DNA of 63,975 nt, filler included, from Asterionella formosa (lineage: Eukaryota), in NCBI GenBank assembly GCA_002256025.1. It is 24 parts of 24 records of this genome, joined end to end, with 100 filler letters (N's around TTAATTAATTAA, not from the genome) between each part and the next. Parts side by side here need not be neighbours in the genome. Positions count along the whole stretch, not along the records: positions 58,751 to 61,313 come from NKIB01015122.1; positions 61,414 to 63,975 come from NKIB01015124.1; 22 more parts are not named here. One strand, written 5' to 3'. A model generated the notes under the pieces. That model was not told the origin of the DNA and searched no databases. It worked only from the letters and a program-made list of their open reading frames with translations. The first letter of the stretch is position 1, and the number at the start of each line of letters is the position of its first letter. Of the stretch, positions 58,751-63,975 are shown piece by piece. A program made the translations under genes and the position numbers.

Positions 58751-61313
58751 TTTTGACGGATACAAGATCAAAGCATGTGCTCATTATTCTAGTATGCAGG
58801 AGTGGTGAAGTCAAAGAAGACTCTCCGATGGAAACTTTATTGCACTTGGAGAGCAATTGCAAACTGACGGGTGAAAAGTGCTTGGTGTCGACGGGTATTG
58901 ACCTTGGGAACTTGCAAATCGATACAGTGAACATGATTATTTCCAACCTGACAGGCTCAGATCTGGAAGTTACGTTGTCGCTTAGCAAAGTGGTCTTTCG
59001 AAAGACACTCGGAAACGTTTTCTTTGTTTTTCAATTTCTGGATATGCTGGCATCTCGCAGGCTATTGGTATTCTCCCTAAGAAAGAACCAAAATTGGGAG
59101 TGGGATATTGAAAAAATAGAATCCGAAACGACTGTTGCCGACAACGTCGGAGAACTGATTGCAAGTAAGATACAGCGACTCAATCAAAATGTCATGGAAG
59201 CCCTCAAGCTTGCGTCTTGTTTGGGAAGTTCATTTAATTGCACTGTGTTGCGAAAAATTCTTGCCTCGGAGCTTGCCTGCCAAGAAGGCGTCGAACCTAA
59301 CGAGGCCTCATCAGAGGATTCTGGAGGAATAATCTTCAAAGGGAGCGTGGATCTTATGCTTGAAATTGCAATTAGCGAAGGAATGATTGAGAATAGCGTC
59401 CAACGATACAAGTTCACGCACGAAAAAGTAAGTGTTTCATTTGTGATTTTTCGGCACATGTACCTACAAGACTCTAATACCTAGTTCGAAGATTCAGTCT
59501 TGTTTTTATAATATGATCCCAGAGGGGAAGGAGCGTGGTCTGCTTCATTTGAGAATAGGAGAAGTAGTGCTGAAGTGCTGCATGAATGATGAGGATTCTC
59601 TACTTTTTCTTGCTGTTGACCAAACAAATCGAGGACTTAATTTTGTGACCGATGAAAGGGAGAAGGTCGACTTGGCAAAATTGAATTTGAAGGTAGCAAA
59701 ATTAGCAAAAGCCAGGTCTGCGTACTTTCCAGCCTCGCAATATCTGAGAAAAGCACGTGGATTGCTAGAGAAAGAATGTAGGTGGCGCAAGTATTACAAT
59801 CTAGCACTTGAACTCGCGAGCTTCGGGGCAGAGATGGAATATTGTTCAGGAGATTTCTTGATGTGCAATGAGTTATTTGATGAAGTACTGGCTTTTTCTG
59901 TTTCGCGTCGGGATTGCCTTCGTGCATACTACGCAAAAATTGAGTCTCTCAGAGCATGAGGTTGGCTATTGGATGCTTTGGATCTCGGCTTTAAGTTTCT
60001 GTTGCAATTCAAAATTTCGTTTCCGAAGAAACCATCAACAATACATATCCTCACAAGTCTAGTGCGCGCATCATCACTAGTGCCGAAGAGCATTAGTGAC
60101 ATTGTGAAATTACCAGAAATGAAAGACGAAGATAAGCTGGCATGCATGAAAATTATGGGCATTTTGGCTTGCAGCGTTTTTTTTCTTGGAGAAAGGGAGA
60201 GAATTCATCTTAGTCTCTCTTGAGATGATGCGCTTCACGTTACGTTTCGGTTTGTCTGCGATGTCCACACAAGCTGTGGGCACCTTCGGAATGATAAAAG
60301 CATTCGTTGGGAGATATGACGATGGGTTTGCCTTTGGTAGGCTGGCAATGCACCTCTTGGAAACAACGAAATCACAGGAAGTAGGGGCCCGCACAATACT
60401 AGTTGTGTGCTGTTATACAAATCATTGGAAAATGCCTCTCGACACTCTTGTCGCCCCTTTGCATCGGGCTTACACCAATGGACTTGCCACAAGTGAGATC
60501 GGAACTGGTCTTCTTGCAGCTTACAATCGCATTATGGTTCTTGGCAGTATTGGCACTCCACTAGATCAAATGGATGACGAAATACTAGCGATTGAAGAGC
60601 TATGCTTTGAATTTAAGCAGGATGGTATTAAAATAATGCTTGCCCCAACCCACCAAGCAGTCTTGAATTTTCAGGGTCGCTCCACATTTCCAATGATTTT
60701 GACAGGAACGATCATGGATCAAGTTGCATTCACCGAAGATGCAAAGAATGAGAAGAACCAGGTTCACTTGCACAGCATTACATTCGCTCAATTAAAGTTG
60801 GGCCTCCACTTTCAGGAATGGAGTACAGTTGCATGCTTACTTCCAGTGATTGAGGTATATCGAGCGCAGAGTAAGGGTGCCGCGAAGCACTTCACTGTGA
60901 ACGACTTTATCTTGGTCTCTGGTATCGCCTACGCGGTAATGTGGCAGCAAACTGGAAAGAAAAGTAACCTCAGGAAGTTTAAGCGGGCACTGAAGCAGTC
61001 GCAGCTGTGCCTTGCGTCAGGGCTGGAGCAGTGTCAAGCAAATTGTTCGTTTTTGGTTGCAGAAGAGAAAGTGTTGCAGAAGGCTGGCGTAGATGCTATA
61101 ATACAAGCATTCGACAAGGCGATTCTTGACATGGAGCAGGCAAAGCTTATTCATTTTCAAGCGTTTGCAAATGATAGAGCAGCAAGAATCCTGTCAGAAC
61201 TGAAAGAGCACACTGCTGCTCTTGAATATTATATTGAGGCCCGAGAATTGTACTGGCGATATGGGGCTCATGCGAAGGTTGATCGACTGGACAGTAGAAT
61301 TGAATCACTTCGC
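58751..61313 (+). pseudogene. COG3899-like STAND ATPase (C-terminal part) plus TPR-like helical region, with one intron, a premature stop and a frameshift
   Basis: TLGNVFFVFQFL, WEWD, LKLASCLGSSF, YKFTHEK|IQS, HLRIG, VDQTNRG, LAKLNL, YGAHAKV; intron 59428..59491 (GTAAGT...CTAAT...AG); TGA at 59957..59959; frame change near the T-run at about 60177..60184. Confidence 0.8.
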
Positions 61314-62199
61314 NNNNNNNNNNNNNNNNNNNNNNNNNNNNNNNNNNNNNNNNNNNNTTAATTAATTAANNNNNNNNNNNNNNNNNNNNNNNNNNNNNNN
61401 NNNNNNNNNNNNNTCATCAACAACACCGTTTATCATGTGATCAATATGTTATGATCAAAGGTATAGGATAAACGAATCAAAATTTATGGATTAAAGATCA
61501 TAGTTTTTACCGGGGTAGTTGCTCATGCAGCATGCAACCCCTTCCCCCCCTGTACACAGTACAGAAGTGATAACCCCCAAGCTACCAAATTTTTATGTCT
61601 TGTAAGAATTATCGCAGCATGCATGCATATTACATGACTCCTACTGGTATATACAATGCAGAAATGATGACCACCAGACTACCAATCCTATAGGTCCTGT
61701 AGAATTATCGCAACATCATGGCTGGCTGCATATCTAATGAAAGGGCGGGAGGAGTCATACATGCTGCACCTGTATAGTATGAAATAGTATGGAAATGATC
61801 AAATATAGCTAGTCTACACAAGGAGCAGTGCATCATATATGCCTGCTGTTGTTATTTTAATTCCAATGAAATCTCTTGATCTGTTCTGCGCTTTTTCGCC
61901 ACAATCGTTTTCATTGGCTGTTTCACTGGACAGCATTCGAATTGATTGTGCTTTGAACGAAGCAATGATCAAAGTCCACCCCATTGGAGAATGGTGAGTC
62001 TCACAACTAAGTATCAGCCAGTCGATTAAAATTGGACTGTCTTTTGCGCACCCTTGTTGTGTTTGTACATTGACTTCTTGGCAACTGTCAGCCAAGAGCA
62101 GTAATGGTATGCCACCATTTATTGCCTATACACATTTTCGAATGCGTTCAGCTATGATAACTTTTGCTCCTAGACGCTATCTCACCACCACCCTTGCCA

Positions 62200-63632
62200 T
62201 GGAATTTTCTTTATCCTTTGGCTGCAAAGACCCAGGTTACTTAATGCCTTCATCTGCAAGTTCAGCCAAGCACGTTGGCGTGAAGAAAACCTCAACTCCG
62301 ATTTTCCTCACATGCTCCACCCATTGACTTCTTCATTGATGAAGTCGAGGTAGCTATATTGACGTCAGGTGGCGCAGGCTTGTGTATAGATTGATGATTC
62401 CGAAATCATTGCTTCCTTTTCCGGTGCATAGGAACCTATTTGTCAACATTGTTTGGGTCAACCCATTCTTGTTCCCGCAAGACCAGTAGCAATTATCCCT
62501 TTACTTCTCCTTGCAAGAACCTTCATTTCTCTTTCACAATTGTCCTGATGTTTGCAGAGTATTTTTAGTTCCCTTTTGATTTTTCCACTGGTTTTGATCC
62601 CTTTTGCATTCAAATCAAGAAACAAGCAATTCATTGAGATTTCTGGGGGTTTTGGTCAGTGGCACCATACAGCAAGCAACAATCAACAGATCATGGCGGC
62701 TGTGCTCAATTTCCTGTTGCAAGTGACAAAGTGACATTTAAGAAGGATCTGCGTTCATTGGGTAGAAAAATTAGTAGGATTCTCTGTGGTTGCCCCCGCC
62801 CATTTGGCAGCAATTCTAGCTACCATTGCTTCCTCTCAATCAAGAACACTAAAATTGAAAACCGAAATTAGATGAAATGTGACTTCCGGTTTCTAATATT
62901 TTATTTTGTTGCACTACTGAAACTTGAATCCATAAATGGGCATTTAACTTATGCTTATTGCACTTTTGCAGTATAGACTGGATGGTGGTAGATAGGCCAA
63001 AGTGTCTGGCTTTCTATGAACATCTACAAAGTAGTGCTTTTGTCGACGTTTGTGTCTAAACCAACTGCTGCCATCCATTGAACCATTACAGATACATCAA
63101 AGAATACGCTCCTGTCTTCAAAGGTAAGGAACTAGTACGATGACAAAGGAAATCTGATGAGACATGAAAATTACGAAACCAGAATCACTCTGTTACTATA
63201 AATAGACAGTCTCGTGCTTCTTTGTGCATATCACCTGACTGCCATGCTGCATTTCAATTCTAGATGCATTACATTCTTGTTAGAGAGACGATGTTACAGA
63301 GAAGTAGATTTTGCTGTTCTATAATAGATGTAGTTTAGCTATGATTGAGGTTGTAATGCTGATTGATGCTCTGGTGACAGTCTGGCCGGAAATATTCGTC
63401 TTGTGTGATGAGCCATTTCGTTTTCATTGGATTTCGCTCTTTTCAAGCTCTTTACGGATTGCATACAAACATACTGTTTAATGTAGATGATGATTCATTG
63501 AAGACATATGATGACTTTAACGACAAATGAAGATTTTATCACAAACACTTGTTCCTCTCAACATGGCTGCTTTGTTGTTGTTACAAGAATCAGAGTGAGG
63601 ACTGGAGAGGATGTTAAGCCAAACCACATTAC
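62200..63632 (-). mobile_element. Degenerate Tc1/IS630-like transposase-bearing element
   Basis: Minus-strand remnants YLDFINEE and EHVRKIGVEVFFTPTCLAELADEGIK* resemble the PKxHxEL...IE..W catalytic-Glu region; repeated at 51995..53323. Confidence 0.5.
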
Positions 63633-63975
63633 TTTAACCAGCCAGCCATGACAATCAAAGATATCATGCCAAAAGGTGATTTTGTCACCAATAATACTGG
63701 ATAAGTCTTGAGTTCCCTAGTTTTCAGGGGTGTGGCTGACAAGGAGACAACAGGTCCCATTGCACTGTATGGACAAATGAAACCAACTTTATTTGTGTCC
63801 ATTTATTTGCGCCGCTATGATGCTCTTTTTCTTTGTCATTGTTCTTGCTTGTGCTGCTGTATATCCATTCTTTTTGGTCGTTTGCCGGTGTTCTATTGCC
63901 AGCAGGCGATACTAGTTTCAGTTTAGTACTAGCGATTGTGTTGCAGCCGCTCTGCCGGTTAAATTTCTGACAGCA

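Larger units (their letters stand above)
1..63975. other. Artificial concatenation of 24 short contigs separated by 100-nt N/TTAATTAATTAA spacers
   Basis: 23 identical spacers (first at 2579..2678, last at 61314..61413), each carrying stops in all six frames; contig lengths never increase and run from 2578 to 2562 nt. Confidence 0.99.

Overview
This window is not one locus. It is 24 unrelated contigs of about 2.56-2.58 kb, sorted by decreasing length and joined by 100-nt artificial spacers (N44-TTAATTAATTAA-N44), so neighbourhood across spacers has no biological meaning. The DNA is eukaryotic (GT-AG introns, AP-3 mu, NAR1) and very probably from a diatom, inferred from CoDi-type Ty1/Copia gag proteins, diatom-type LRR membrane proteins and a COG3899-like STAND ATPase. 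It is dominated by transposable elements: several Copia families with identifiable LTRs, APE/RT non-LTR fragments, a PIF/Harbinger transposase, a TTAA-flanked Kolobok-like element, CA-terminated CACTA-like elements and a decayed Tc1/IS630-like transposase. Host genes include AP3M, the NAR1 3' end, a GT14 glycosyltransferase, a Cu/Zn-SOD-like 3' end, a spliced EF-hand-like gene and LRR/STAND receptor-like genes. The most interesting signals are: (1) a Copia element whose primer-binding position is a perfect 12-nt complement of its own LTR, a candidate for Tf1-like self-priming; (2) a large excess of TA-flanked CCGG/CCAGG/CCTGG/CCA/TGG units forming arrays that look like accumulated transposon excision footprints; (3) an in-frame gag-protease UGA; (4) LTRs inserted immediately upstream of host start codons; (5) an LRR array whose variation is concentrated on the predicted binding face. 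All family assignments come from motif recognition by eye; no database search was run.
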